Origin: Klebsiella phage KPN8
Sequence record: OP079919.1
Length of the DNA stretch: 64,000 bases
Strand: one strand, 5' to 3'
Shown here: piece by piece, positions 54,945-64,000 of the stretch
How the letters are laid out: the number at the start of each line of letters is the position of its first letter
Numbering within the stretch: position 1 is the stretch's first letter
Notes under the pieces: model-generated
What the model saw: the letters and a program-made list of their open reading frames with translations, nothing else
Database searches by the model: none
What the model was told of the DNA's origin: nothing
Program-made: the position numbers and the translations under genes

Positions 54945-56666
54945 TTATGCTACGAGTTTATTGTAAACTTTTTCGATCTCAGTAATGGTCGGGAATCTAT
55001 GAAGTGTGGTGCAGAGACTCAACGCATTTGCTTTAGGGCTGCTGGCGTAGTTGACTCCGACTTCCCTGAATTGGAATCGGTTCAACCCTTCAATTTTACA
55101 CGCTTCCATACGTGTTGTTTTATTTGATACGTTCAGCGCCACTGTCGCCGTAGGATAAGCACCAGTAACGTCGATATCATCGGTCAAACCACGACCACGA
55201 CTTCTGATACCCGGCATGCCGATAAAGAGCGCTTTACCCATGTCCTCGTTCTTTTCAGTCTCCAACAACGCAATCCAATCTTTAAGATCTGGTTTAAGAT
55301 CATCAAGTTCATCTTTGCTTGTCGTTCCGCGAGTACCCCAAACGTAACCGTTATCTTTAGCAACAAAAGACAGTTCATCGGAAATACATTTCGGCTGACT
55401 AGGGTAGTTAAAGAATTCAGACGATTTCAAAAGCATAGGTAACGAGAGACTTAAGTCGTCCGTCTTTTCGTTAAGTTCTTCTATCGTGATGTTATCTTTG
55501 ATGTTGTATATGCAATATTCGAAGATATGATTCTTTTGCATATAACGGTGCCAGTCGGGAGAACCTGCTGGTAAGTGACTACCCGATTCGGTATAGAGTT
55601 TACCTTCTATCCCATTATCTTGAGCGGTGAATTCCAATCCATAAGAATCCTTCTTACCCTGAGGAGCACGTTTAATCGCATAGAAGGATGCCGCATCCAA
55701 CCATTGCCATGACGACATAGCTTGAACGGTAGGGAAACTTTCTTGCCACTCCAGAGGTTGTTTATCACCGTTCTCCTTGACCTTATGGGTTCTTCCTTTA
55801 TTGAACCAATAATTTTGGAATTCCTCAGGAACATTCGGGTCGCTATAAACCGCAGCCGGATCAATGTTGTAAGCGAGTAACGCTTCCTCGTTCTTCTCCA
55901 TATCGAACTTGGCGTTCCAAGACGCTATCCAATCCGGATGCCAATCGTGCCAACGTGCGACGTTACTTTCCACTACTTGAGCTTGGTTGTCGAAGAGCTC
56001 CCAAATCACAGTCGCGTTACGTCGTTTTAAAACATCTCCTAATAATCGCTCAGCTTCAGATTCTAAAGTCTCGATAATCTTCTTATCCGACATTCCATTA
56101 AAAATCCAACGAACTGCTGAGAAGTAAATCTTTTCTTTAAACGTGGTCGACGCCATAATGATAGAGTCATCATTATTGTTGATCATGTTTGTTTCTACGT
56201 CATATGCCGCCGTAGTGTAAGATTCAGTTTCTTGGTATTTCGCCTGTGTTCTAAAATAGTAGTTCTTTATGAGTACCGGAGTGGTTTGCTCACAACCGTA
56301 GACATATGGAGAGTTCTTCATAGTCAGCAGGTCGGCTTTTTTATCAGGCACGCCATAGAGGATTCGGCTGATATTCATCGCCATACGAGCACGCGTGCTT
56401 TTATAACTATCGCATAATCGTTTGTCGATGTAGTCTTTCTTATCTTTAAACTTACGGAATTTTTCTTTCGTAATATAAAAATCGACAACGAGATCAGGAA
56501 TACCTATCAGCGAATCAGATCGAGATCCGTCTTCATGGACATTGGTTATTTTAACCAGGTTATAGTCTTTTAATTTGTCGTACCGCGATGTGCTGTAAGC
56601 AACTTTTTTACATACTTTTCCAATGATAGGAGAGTCATTTTTTTCTCCTGATCCTAGTGTAATCAT
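54945..56666 (-). CDS. family B DNA polymerase, N-terminal half (3'-5' exonuclease domain plus polymerase motif A). The polymerase gene appears split
   Basis: Exo I AAYDVETN (DxE). Exo II IASWNAKFDMEKN (comparable to GWNvxxFDxxYL). Exo III EYCIYNIKDNI (YxxxD). PolB motif A DIDVTGAYPT (comparable to DxxSLYPS). The ORF ends about 70 aa after motif A, without motifs B or C. Confidence 0.55.
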   Translation of the reverse strand: MITLGSGEKNDSPIIGKVCKKVAYSTSRYDKLKDYNLVKITNVHEDGSRSDSLIGIPDLVVDFYITKEKFRKFKDKKDYIDKRLCDSYKSTRARMAMNISRILYGVPDKKADLLTMKNSPYVYGCEQTTPVLIKNYYFRTQAKYQETESYTTAAYDVETNMINNNDDSIIMASTTFKEKIYFSAVRWIFNGMSDKKIIETLESEAERLLGDVLKRRNATVIWELFDNQAQVVESNVARWHDWHPDWIASWNAKFDMEKNEEALLAYNIDPAAVYSDPNVPEEFQNYWFNKGRTHKVKENGDKQPLEWQESFPTVQAMSSWQWLDAASFYAIKRAPQGKKDSYGLEFTAQDNGIEGKLYTESGSHLPAGSPDWHRYMQKNHIFEYCIYNIKDNITIEELNEKTDDLSLSLPMLLKSSEFFNYPSQPKCISDELSFVAKDNGYVWGTRGTTSKDELDDLKPDLKDWIALLETEKNEDMGKALFIGMPGIRSRGRGLTDDIDVTGAYPTATVALNVSNKTTRMEACKIEGLNRFQFREVGVNYASSPKANALSLCTTLHRFPTITEIEKVYNKLVA

Positions 56667-56744
56667 GGGCTCACCACATTTTATGAATGTTGAAGTTCTC
56701 TAAACAATTACGCTTATAGTTATTTTTAACAGAGGCCTTATTAA

Positions 56745-58070
56745 ATGATTGACGTCAGTTTTCTCCGTCCTGCTAAGGTGGGTGGGATGGAGTTTATGGA
56801 TTTCCAATACACCAATTTCTTCGACGAACTCAGCAGGGCCTTTGATGACGTAATTGTCGAGGGTGAATTAAAGGAAATTCCTGATGAGGTTCTTGGGCTT
56901 GTGCGCAAGTATACCGGATTTAGCAATATCGAAATTAATTTGGTAGAGGTGGGCAATCTTGCTATTGAAGCCGGGTATTTAAATCCCAATAATGTGTTCA
57001 ATATTGAGAATATTGAAAAATATCTTCCTCGGTCTGAGTCTACTTTGTACCGTTGGTTCACCGGAAATAAACAAACGTTCTTTAAAGGTACAATAGATTA
57101 TCAAACGGGATCCGTTGGCGGTGCTTACGCCGAACTACCCTTCCGCCTATTTGTTAATTCCCGCCTTAATACGTTTTTATCCAAATCGTTCCTGGACAAG
57201 TACAAGGCTAGTCAAGGTCAGGCGTTAGCCGCTGCATTTATTCATGAGTTGGGCCACGCATTTGGCGCGATCATGATGATCCATCAATCCGTTTACGATG
57301 CCATCACCGTAAGAACAGCGGTTGATTTCTTTACTCGAGCTAAAACGCCTAAAGATCGCGTTACCGTAATAAAGGACGGTTACCGGTTACTCGACCCAGA
57401 TGCTAAATCCGATCAGAAAATCGAAAGCGAAATCGCGAACGCCGAAGACGGTAATGAATTCGTTATTTTTCTGTCCAAGATAGCCTCGCAACGTAACCTC
57501 AAACGCAGTTTAAGCTTGGGCGTCACTAAGATGAACTCTGAGGTTGTTGCGGACGCTTATTCGGTCAGAATGGGGTGCGGACGATCTCTTGCCGTGGCAA
57601 TAGGGTCAATAACTAAGAACAGTCATTTAGGTCAGCTAGTACTTACTTTGCTGTTGTCCCTCATGACTGCGTTTTACAGCGCTTCTCTTTCTCTTACCGT
57701 CGGCGGTATCATGGGCGTCGGCGCCCTAGTAGTCTTCTCCTTGCTTTTTTACATGGGTAACAATACGCCGGATGTCTATAATTCAGAACACCGTAGAATG
57801 ACCGACATTCTTACTCAGATGATCGGCAAGCTGAAAGATAATAAATTTATTTCAGCTCAAGATAAACAAAAGTACTTGGGTCAGATTATCGAAACTCAGA
57901 AACTCATTGATGAGAACAAACCCTTCATTGAGGGTTCCGTTTTCCAATCGATGTGGATGTGGTTAAAGAGCGGATCCGATGCTAAGTTAACCAATATCGA
58001 ACATTATACTTCGCTTATTGCTAACAGCAAAACGAATGTATTGTCAGAACAATTTAATTCCCTTTCCTAG
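56745..58070 (+). CDS. HEXXH zinc-metallopeptidase-like protein with C-terminal transmembrane segments
   Basis: AAFIHELGHAFGAIMM (HExxH) mid-protein. Hydrophobic stretch LVLTLLLSLMTAFYSASLSLTVGGIMGVGALVVFSLLFYM. Confidence 0.45.
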   Translation: MIDVSFLRPAKVGGMEFMDFQYTNFFDELSRAFDDVIVEGELKEIPDEVLGLVRKYTGFSNIEINLVEVGNLAIEAGYLNPNNVFNIENIEKYLPRSESTLYRWFTGNKQTFFKGTIDYQTGSVGGAYAELPFRLFVNSRLNTFLSKSFLDKYKASQGQALAAAFIHELGHAFGAIMMIHQSVYDAITVRTAVDFFTRAKTPKDRVTVIKDGYRLLDPDAKSDQKIESEIANAEDGNEFVIFLSKIASQRNLKRSLSLGVTKMNSEVVADAYSVRMGCGRSLAVAIGSITKNSHLGQLVLTLLLSLMTAFYSASLSLTVGGIMGVGALVVFSLLFYMGNNTPDVYNSEHRRMTDILTQMIGKLKDNKFISAQDKQKYLGQIIETQKLIDENKPFIEGSVFQSMWMWLKSGSDAKLTNIEHYTSLIANSKTNVLSEQFNSLS

Positions 58071-58079
58071 AGGTATGAC

Positions 58080-58478
58080 ATGTCACATTTAGCCCACACC
58101 ATCACCCTGAAGAGCAAACTCTTAGAGTTGGGGGTTACTGACCCTGCGGATCAAAAACGTATTGTTGAGAACGCTTATGTTCGTGCGCTGGTAAAATACC
58201 TGTTTACCTACAAATATGTTTTCTCCGGATACACCGAAGAAGTCGAATCCAATATTTACCGCCGTCTGGCCAAGTGGAATGAGATCTCGCCTATTAACGG
58301 CCCTTTCATTGTCGAGAAACTCAAAGCGATCGTTCGCAATCTGAAAAACGAAGCGCTGGCTGGCGGTCAGTTCACCCCAATTAAAAACGCGAACGAAACT
58401 TTCGATGAACTGAGTTCGGAAGAGTTTATCAAATTGATGGACTGGTTGTTCGGAGAGATGGTGACCGGTAATGACTGA
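58080..58478 (+). CDS. small hypothetical protein (132 aa)
   Basis: ORF; the antisense ORF 58122..58502 is a shadow. Confidence 0.5.
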   Translation: MSHLAHTITLKSKLLELGVTDPADQKRIVENAYVRALVKYLFTYKYVFSGYTEEVESNIYRRLAKWNEISPINGPFIVEKLKAIVRNLKNEALAGGQFTPIKNANETFDELSSEEFIKLMDWLFGEMVTGND

Positions 58479-59976
58479 TAAAAAAGATCCTGTTGTTACC
58501 ACCTATCCTTTAATTGGAGAAGGTGGTAAAGTGGTCCCGGGAGACCAAGAAGAACAATTGATCGATCTCGACGCCGCCTACAAGAAGACAGGTGAAACGA
58601 AAACCAATGAGCTTGTAGAAGGCCTGGAGCGTTACATCAACCAAAAAATTCTCGGTAAACGGGAAATGGAATTAGCTGGAGTTAAAGGAGGGGAGAATTT
58701 TGATCCCCTCCCATCCAGACGTAATGCCGTGTTGGGAGGAGAATCTTTCCTCACCGCTGTAAAAGACGGTTTTTTGAAGATCATTGATTTCATTATCAAG
58801 TTTATCAAAGGCGCAGTTAACTGGGTTATCGAACGCATTAAAGTCTTACTGGGCTTTAGTAAGACAAAGGCCGAGATTAAAGCCTGCGAAGACGCCAGAT
58901 CTGATATGGAGAAAGAGGTCAAATCCACCCTGTCTGGATTCGGAATCAACCCTTCTTTCTACAGCCTGGATCAGCTGGTTGAATCCGCGCCTCGTGGTAT
59001 CGATCGGGTCGAAATGATTAAATACCTTTCAGCCAAATCTAAAAACGAAACCGAGATGGCGAAAGCACTCACTGGTGTTATTCCTGACCTGACAACACTG
59101 ACCCGTAAGTTAAGAGATTCTTCCGATAGCTTGACTAAACGGTACAAGCGATTCAAAGTTGTTCTGGAAGACACCCGTAAGAAATTGGCCGCTAATAGAG
59201 TTGGAGATGCTGACGCTTACGAGCTGTCTAAAGCCATCAAAGACGTTATGGTCATTTCCGAAGACTATGGAGATGTGGTCGCTTCTTTGTCTGCGGTTGT
59301 ATCTAAACTGTATGGGGTTAATCTCGATGACTCTAAAATCCTTAAAGAGGGATTTGGTGTTCTACGAGAAAATATCGCCCGAAATCGTGCGGTTGCAACC
59401 AGTAAGCTCAATCCGGAAAAACTGACCGGTCTTTACGCTGAAATCGGAACGTTAAATAACCGGATTATTTCTGAATCGGGTAATACGTTCGATTTATCTC
59501 ACGTCGACACTAAAGTTCTAAAAGAAGTGGTCTCTTTGGATGACGCCAATTTCATCAATAATTTATCTGATGTGGTCGGTAATCGTCAACTCATTGCAGA
59601 CTATCAGGCTATGGCTGTTTCCGTCAGGGACTTTACTGCGATTCTGGAATCGTCTTCTGCTATTTGCGCTGACATCTCCCGTGAAATTGCCAACTTCACT
59701 AAGTGGAAAAATAACGTGGATATGTACCTAGCGGTAGCGGTCACAGAAGATCTTAAACTGATCGCTTCTACACTGATCGCTTCTGCGGGAGCCGGGGAAT
59801 ATGATCTCGACAAGTTAGGTAAGAGCAAACCTGTTGTTCTACCTGAACCTGGCCTGGTCAAGAAGACCGGTTTGATCACCCAGGAAATTCTCGACGCCGA
59901 TCTCCATGGTGTTACTACCGCTGTTAACAATTTTGCGAAAACTGCGGGACTCAACGTGAGGGTTAAACCACGATGA
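58471..59976 (+). CDS. hypothetical protein (501 aa)
   Basis: ORF overlapping the upstream stop (ATGA). Confidence 0.55.
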   Translation: MTDKKDPVVTTYPLIGEGGKVVPGDQEEQLIDLDAAYKKTGETKTNELVEGLERYINQKILGKREMELAGVKGGENFDPLPSRRNAVLGGESFLTAVKDGFLKIIDFIIKFIKGAVNWVIERIKVLLGFSKTKAEIKACEDARSDMEKEVKSTLSGFGINPSFYSLDQLVESAPRGIDRVEMIKYLSAKSKNETEMAKALTGVIPDLTTLTRKLRDSSDSLTKRYKRFKVVLEDTRKKLAANRVGDADAYELSKAIKDVMVISEDYGDVVASLSAVVSKLYGVNLDDSKILKEGFGVLRENIARNRAVATSKLNPEKLTGLYAEIGTLNNRIISESGNTFDLSHVDTKVLKEVVSLDDANFINNLSDVVGNRQLIADYQAMAVSVRDFTAILESSSAICADISREIANFTKWKNNVDMYLAVAVTEDLKLIASTLIASAGAGEYDLDKLGKSKPVVLPEPGLVKKTGLITQEILDADLHGVTTAVNNFAKTAGLNVRVKPR

Positions 59977-60653
59977 ACGAAACCCTAGAAAAATTGCTGA
60001 GTAACGCGCTGACCCATGACAGCGATTGGGAAGCTGACGCTCAACAATTTAAAGAAGGTATAAAGGAGATTCATCAGCTCCTGGAACGTCGACTGGATGC
60101 CAAGCTTCTGATGGAAGCTCTCGCTTTCTTCGATGCGTGTGAAGAAACGATTATCGACGTAAGAGCCAGGATGGTAACAGGTCCTTCTAAAGTCAATAAC
60201 GATCTTTTCTATAATTTCTGTAAATTTAAATACACGCAGAAAATTATGGGGATCTCAGTATTGGCGGACGGCGTTTTAGTCGCTAAGGATTTCGATACCG
60301 CTATTGGTGCGATGGTTGATGATTTGTTTAAATCGCTTAATCAATCCACTGATAACGATCGTTTCCATAAAGCGATTTGTCTTCGTCGTGATGTGAAACG
60401 ACTTAAGATTGCACTGGAAGATCCGTATACGTTTAATCTCGGTGTGGATTGGACAGCCATTGAACCAAAAGAAGATTACATTGAAGACTCGACAGATCTT
60501 GACTTCCTGAAAGAATCGAGGGAACGTCTTGCCGTCAATGAAACATCTTACGAGTTCTGGGCGATCGAAAATCGTATCCGTCAAATCACGTCGGAGAATT
60601 ACATTCGTCGTTCGTTCTTAGAACGTCTTGGTCTTTACTACAAAAAAGATTAA
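59973..60653 (+). CDS. hypothetical protein (226 aa)
   Basis: ATGA overlap with the upstream gene. Confidence 0.55.
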   Translation: MNETLEKLLSNALTHDSDWEADAQQFKEGIKEIHQLLERRLDAKLLMEALAFFDACEETIIDVRARMVTGPSKVNNDLFYNFCKFKYTQKIMGISVLADGVLVAKDFDTAIGAMVDDLFKSLNQSTDNDRFHKAICLRRDVKRLKIALEDPYTFNLGVDWTAIEPKEDYIEDSTDLDFLKESRERLAVNETSYEFWAIENRIRQITSENYIRRSFLERLGLYYKKD

Positions 60654-60660
60654 TGTTAAA

Positions 60661-60690
60661 TACTCCTCCTACCCTAGGGTAGGAGGAGTA
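60661..60690. terminator. 14-bp perfect hairpin TACTCCTCCTACCC-ta-GGGTAGGAGGAGTA between convergent genes
   Basis: Perfect stem. Shares the CCTCCTACCC/GGGTAGGAGG core with the 49270 terminator. Confidence 0.45.
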
Positions 60691-60694
60691 TAGT

Positions 60695-63610
60695 TTAGGA
60701 TTTATGCAATTTAAAGTTTAAAGTAATATCTTCAGCAATTGTCAACAACGTGTTATTGTTGTTGTTCAACACTTTACGAATACTGAACCCAGTTGTAGCA
60801 TCTTTGTTACTAATGACATCAATGCTGGTAGAACCCGCAAACGATTCCAGTTTTATATCAACCACATCGTCACCAGAAATATCTTTAAGTGCGGAGATAA
60901 GACTGGAGTTAGAAATGGTTGAGTTGGCCAGCATGTTGTTGATAGTCTCAGGATATGTGTTAGCGAGACTGGTCTGCAACGCATCCGACTCATACCCATT
61001 TTTGGTTAAGTAAACCGTAATGGAGAAACTGAGATCGCTCCTAATCGTCGTTTCGATATCAGCGTTGATGATGACATCGATATTCCCGATCTTAGCTTTA
61101 GGAAGAAACTTAACTTTGGTTTCGTCCAGGCTTCGATTGTTAATCGCTGTCATATCTTGCTTGATATTATCAGTCAGATAGGTTTTGGTCGACTCATCGA
61201 AATCTTTATCGTACGTATCGGTCGTGAAGAAGTAAGAGCCATCAAACCCTAAGAAGTCGAAGCTGTACTGCAGCTTCCTAGGTTCAACTTCCACGTTGTT
61301 ACCGTCGGCGTCTTTAACAAAATCGCCGATGAGATATTTGTACGTCGGATTGCCCTGAGCGTCCAGAATAGGGTCACCTTTCTTATGCAAGAAGATCGGA
61401 AGACCATCATTGCCTAAAACCAGTTTCCCTTCGGCATCACGCTGAGGATAATCTTTATCATAAGTATCCGGAACGTTATAAGTGTACTTCTGATAACGTG
61501 CGTCGCCAGTGATCGGTCGGATACGAGTGTACATGTAATCGAGGCTCTGCCCCAGAGTAATGTTCCACTGCGTTTCGATAATCGCTTGCATATCAGCAGA
61601 GAAAAGACTAGAGGCGATTTTGTTGTCGCTATCTGATCTGTTCGTTGCATCATCAGTAGTTTTTAACAGAAGGAAACTGAATGCGTTAGTCAGACTACTT
61701 GGGATATTATTTGCGTCCGCGTCGTACTGAGTCAGGTTGTTAAGATAAAGCAAATCGTTGTTATCGATGTCAAAGTTGCTCGATAACACAAACTGCCAAA
61801 TCCTTTCACCGGAACTGTTGACCCCTACCAATTCACCCTTAACAGATGCGAGCGCTGCTGCGTTAGCTGGGGTGAAACAGAGTTGTGCTCCGACCTCACT
61901 ATCCTCCAAAGCCTTGTACTCTTTACCAGACTTACAAACAAGAGTAAAGACGTAGCCCGTTTTCGTTACGGAGACGTTAATACTTGATACACCGAGCTCT
62001 ATCCCCAGGTTGGTGTTCTCGTATAAGAATCTCTGGTAGTTACCGGTAGGAGAATCCATCCGGTACATTCTTAACGACGCTTGATTGTCGGTAAGATCCA
62101 TGACGTAATGGAACGGAGTGTAAACCAACGCATTCCCATTGACGTAGTTGGAAATAGCCTCAAACCCGGAATTCTGGATAGCGGTTAATTCCGTTAAGGG
62201 AACTATCCTGGTCGTCGTTTTCGAAATATCGAATACCGTCCTGCTCGGTATAGTGATCCGTTCGCCATTGTCAAACACCATTCCTGTCGCTACCAAATCT
62301 TCGGCACTTTGCAGAATCGATCCGATGTAGGTGTTCATGCTAGAAACCATCCCGTCTTTATTAGACTGAGCAGGAAGATCTCTGGATGCCTTGTACAAGC
62401 GATTGGTGATGTAATCAATGGAAAGTACTTCGTCGTAACCACGGTCTTCAATATTGTAAGAATATTGATTAGGGGTAATCGGTAAACTATCTCGGCGATT
62501 ACCGTAGATGGCCGCCCGACGAACACTTTCAAAACTACGAGGATTCGCCCCACCCGTTACAGCGTTCACGGTAATCCAGGCTTGGTTATTCGCTTCCAAC
62601 AACGGCGAGGAGTATACGCCCAATTGGTTGTTGTCGTAATTATAGTCGAGATATTCCGGTGTGTGATCTGCAACACTGATCGTTTTAAGATCCTGTTCGT
62701 AATAACCGACCGTCGTATAAACGTACAACGCGATCTTACCTACGCCCAACCCGCTCGTTATATACGCAACCGGAACTTCATAGGTAAACGAACCGTTATC
62801 ATTATCCAGGGAGATAACCAAAGTCGGCACAGTCGTATCGAAGTTGGCTTTGTTGTAGCTAATAGCCATCTCGGCAGTGCTGCCGTCTGAATAAGTGATA
62901 AAGGCACGGATGGCGTAAAGATAGTTACTGAAATAAAAGGTGTCTTTAGCCAAGCCGGAGGCTGCCGTTGTCGCGATATTGAACTTAGGTGTGTTGTTCA
63001 ATTGACGAACAGGAACGAGGATGCGGAGGAACTTAACGTTGCTGATAACAACGTAGTCGGTATCCAGTACGTTCTCTGAAATTGGATTGAGCGGATTGTT
63101 GACAGTTGAATCATAAACAACGCTATGGCCGCCATGTTCCATTAAACGAATTTCGAAACCGTTTTCAATACTGAAGTAAGTGGAGTTAACCAGAATTCGA
63201 GTATCTTTAGGAACCAGCAGTTTCCGATATTTGTTTACTACCGCGCCGTCTTCTTCCTGGTATTCGACAGCCAGACGTTTTATCTCACTCACCGGAATAA
63301 GATAAGCCATCGTTGTACTGCTAGGGACCCCGAGCAAACCGTACCATTCTTCATCAGATAGGTTACGGCTGAGATCAGACATGTTCCTCGCCTGGTTTTT
63401 ATACATCTGAGCAGCTGCGTCACTATGACGACTCAGCAAAGTATATGCCTCGCCCACGATCATATCCATAGCTGTGATAAATGGATGCGTGGGGCTGTTA
63501 AAGGCGATGTTTTTACCTGACCATGCTTCTTCGATCATGGAGAGTACATTAGGAATAACTCGAGTGGGGTTATTCGATATTTTTTCTAAGTCGGAGTAGG
63601 AATAACTCAT
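60695..63610 (-). CDS. large hypothetical protein (971 aa), likely a virion (tail/baseplate/fibre) component
   Basis: 3 kb minus-strand ORF rich in N/S/T/Y/G, co-oriented with and overlapping the next gene. No catalytic motif recognised. Confidence 0.55.
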   Translation of the reverse strand: MSYSYSDLEKISNNPTRVIPNVLSMIEEAWSGKNIAFNSPTHPFITAMDMIVGEAYTLLSRHSDAAAQMYKNQARNMSDLSRNLSDEEWYGLLGVPSSTTMAYLIPVSEIKRLAVEYQEEDGAVVNKYRKLLVPKDTRILVNSTYFSIENGFEIRLMEHGGHSVVYDSTVNNPLNPISENVLDTDYVVISNVKFLRILVPVRQLNNTPKFNIATTAASGLAKDTFYFSNYLYAIRAFITYSDGSTAEMAISYNKANFDTTVPTLVISLDNDNGSFTYEVPVAYITSGLGVGKIALYVYTTVGYYEQDLKTISVADHTPEYLDYNYDNNQLGVYSSPLLEANNQAWITVNAVTGGANPRSFESVRRAAIYGNRRDSLPITPNQYSYNIEDRGYDEVLSIDYITNRLYKASRDLPAQSNKDGMVSSMNTYIGSILQSAEDLVATGMVFDNGERITIPSRTVFDISKTTTRIVPLTELTAIQNSGFEAISNYVNGNALVYTPFHYVMDLTDNQASLRMYRMDSPTGNYQRFLYENTNLGIELGVSSINVSVTKTGYVFTLVCKSGKEYKALEDSEVGAQLCFTPANAAALASVKGELVGVNSSGERIWQFVLSSNFDIDNNDLLYLNNLTQYDADANNIPSSLTNAFSFLLLKTTDDATNRSDSDNKIASSLFSADMQAIIETQWNITLGQSLDYMYTRIRPITGDARYQKYTYNVPDTYDKDYPQRDAEGKLVLGNDGLPIFLHKKGDPILDAQGNPTYKYLIGDFVKDADGNNVEVEPRKLQYSFDFLGFDGSYFFTTDTYDKDFDESTKTYLTDNIKQDMTAINNRSLDETKVKFLPKAKIGNIDVIINADIETTIRSDLSFSITVYLTKNGYESDALQTSLANTYPETINNMLANSTISNSSLISALKDISGDDVVDIKLESFAGSTSIDVISNKDATTGFSIRKVLNNNNNTLLTIAEDITLNFKLHKS

Positions 63611-63960
63611 TTAGCAGTCCACCATTCTAATTCCATGGTACTTAAGTTTATCCAAGGATAAACGTTGTATTGTTTTTCTAAGAATTCACTAGGTTGTATT
63701 TGACGATAGTAAGAGGAACGCTGGTCATCACCCATGTTCGGATTAAAGAATACGGTAGCACCATTAAATCCGTCAACGACCTCAAATGTATCGAACCTCG
63801 CCCCAACACTACTGAACTGAATTGTCAGTTCATCTTGTCCTTGACCGCGTCTGACAGTACTCTCGTTATCAATCGCTGACATAGCACCCATGGGGTAAGT
63901 CACGGGGATGGATTGAACTGTCATGTACATGCTTTCTATATTTCGTAAGTTTTTGTTCAT
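63607..63960 (-). CDS. hypothetical protein (117 aa), likely structural-module gene
   Basis: Minus-strand ORF whose stop overlaps the start of the 60695..63610 gene (ATGA). Confidence 0.5.
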   Translation of the reverse strand: MNKNLRNIESMYMTVQSIPVTYPMGAMSAIDNESTVRRGQGQDELTIQFSSVGARFDTFEVVDGFNGATVFFNPNMGDDQRSSYYRQIQPSEFLEKQYNVYPWINLSTMELEWWTAK

Positions 63961-64000
63961 AATGAAATGATAGATGCGACAGTCGAAATCCCAGTAGTTA

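Overview
The window reads as a densely coding segment of a large tailed phage, most likely a jumbo phage of the phiKZ-like, nucleus-forming (Chimalliviridae-like) lineage. Most genes are on the + strand, with short blocks on the - strand. Coding-region GC is moderate overall, and a few genes use markedly GC3-rich codons that look like an enterobacterial host's preferred set. Recognisable genes include a terminase large subunit whose Walker A motif (GK|T) is split by a full-length intein carrying a LAGLIDADG homing endonuclease. There is a tubulin/FtsZ-like PhuZ homologue. A strongly codon-adapted 670-aa protein sits immediately upstream of an RNA polymerase beta' N-terminal fragment that has the NADFDGD motif. 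In phiKZ that position is occupied by the nuclear-shell protein chimallin (gp54, followed by gp55), so the 670-aa protein is a chimallin candidate. Further RNA polymerase fragments are a beta C-terminal piece, a beta' C-terminal piece, and a second beta'-like piece on the opposite strand, which points to two split multisubunit polymerases. Other calls are a thymidylate kinase, an SF2 DExH helicase, an SbcD/Mre11-like metallophosphoesterase, and a non-canonical SSB-like protein ending in an E. coli-type ...DIPF tail. A family B DNA polymerase N-terminal half (exonuclease motifs I-III plus motif A) appears to end right after motif A, as if the polymerase gene were split. An HEXXH membrane protein and many small or large hypothetical proteins make up the rest. 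Two non-coding stretches stand out. One is a 1.1 kb AT-rich divergent intergenic region (16543-17685) with iteron-like AATCTAAA repeats and GC-rich alternating purine-pyrimidine palindromes. It is a candidate replication origin or regulatory hub, and it also holds a reverse-strand terminator that suggests a hidden short transcript. The other is a roughly 1 kb ORF-poor, hairpin-rich stretch (18430-19390) just upstream of phuZ that looks like a large structured ncRNA. At least 14 intrinsic-terminator hairpins were located, several sharing a CTCCTACCC/GGGTAGGAG core. Perfect GATC-centred palindromes sit upstream of the two most codon-adapted genes. No tRNAs, CRISPR arrays, transposases or integrases were seen. 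Every functional call rests on motif reading by eye and should be confirmed with HMM or BLAST searches.
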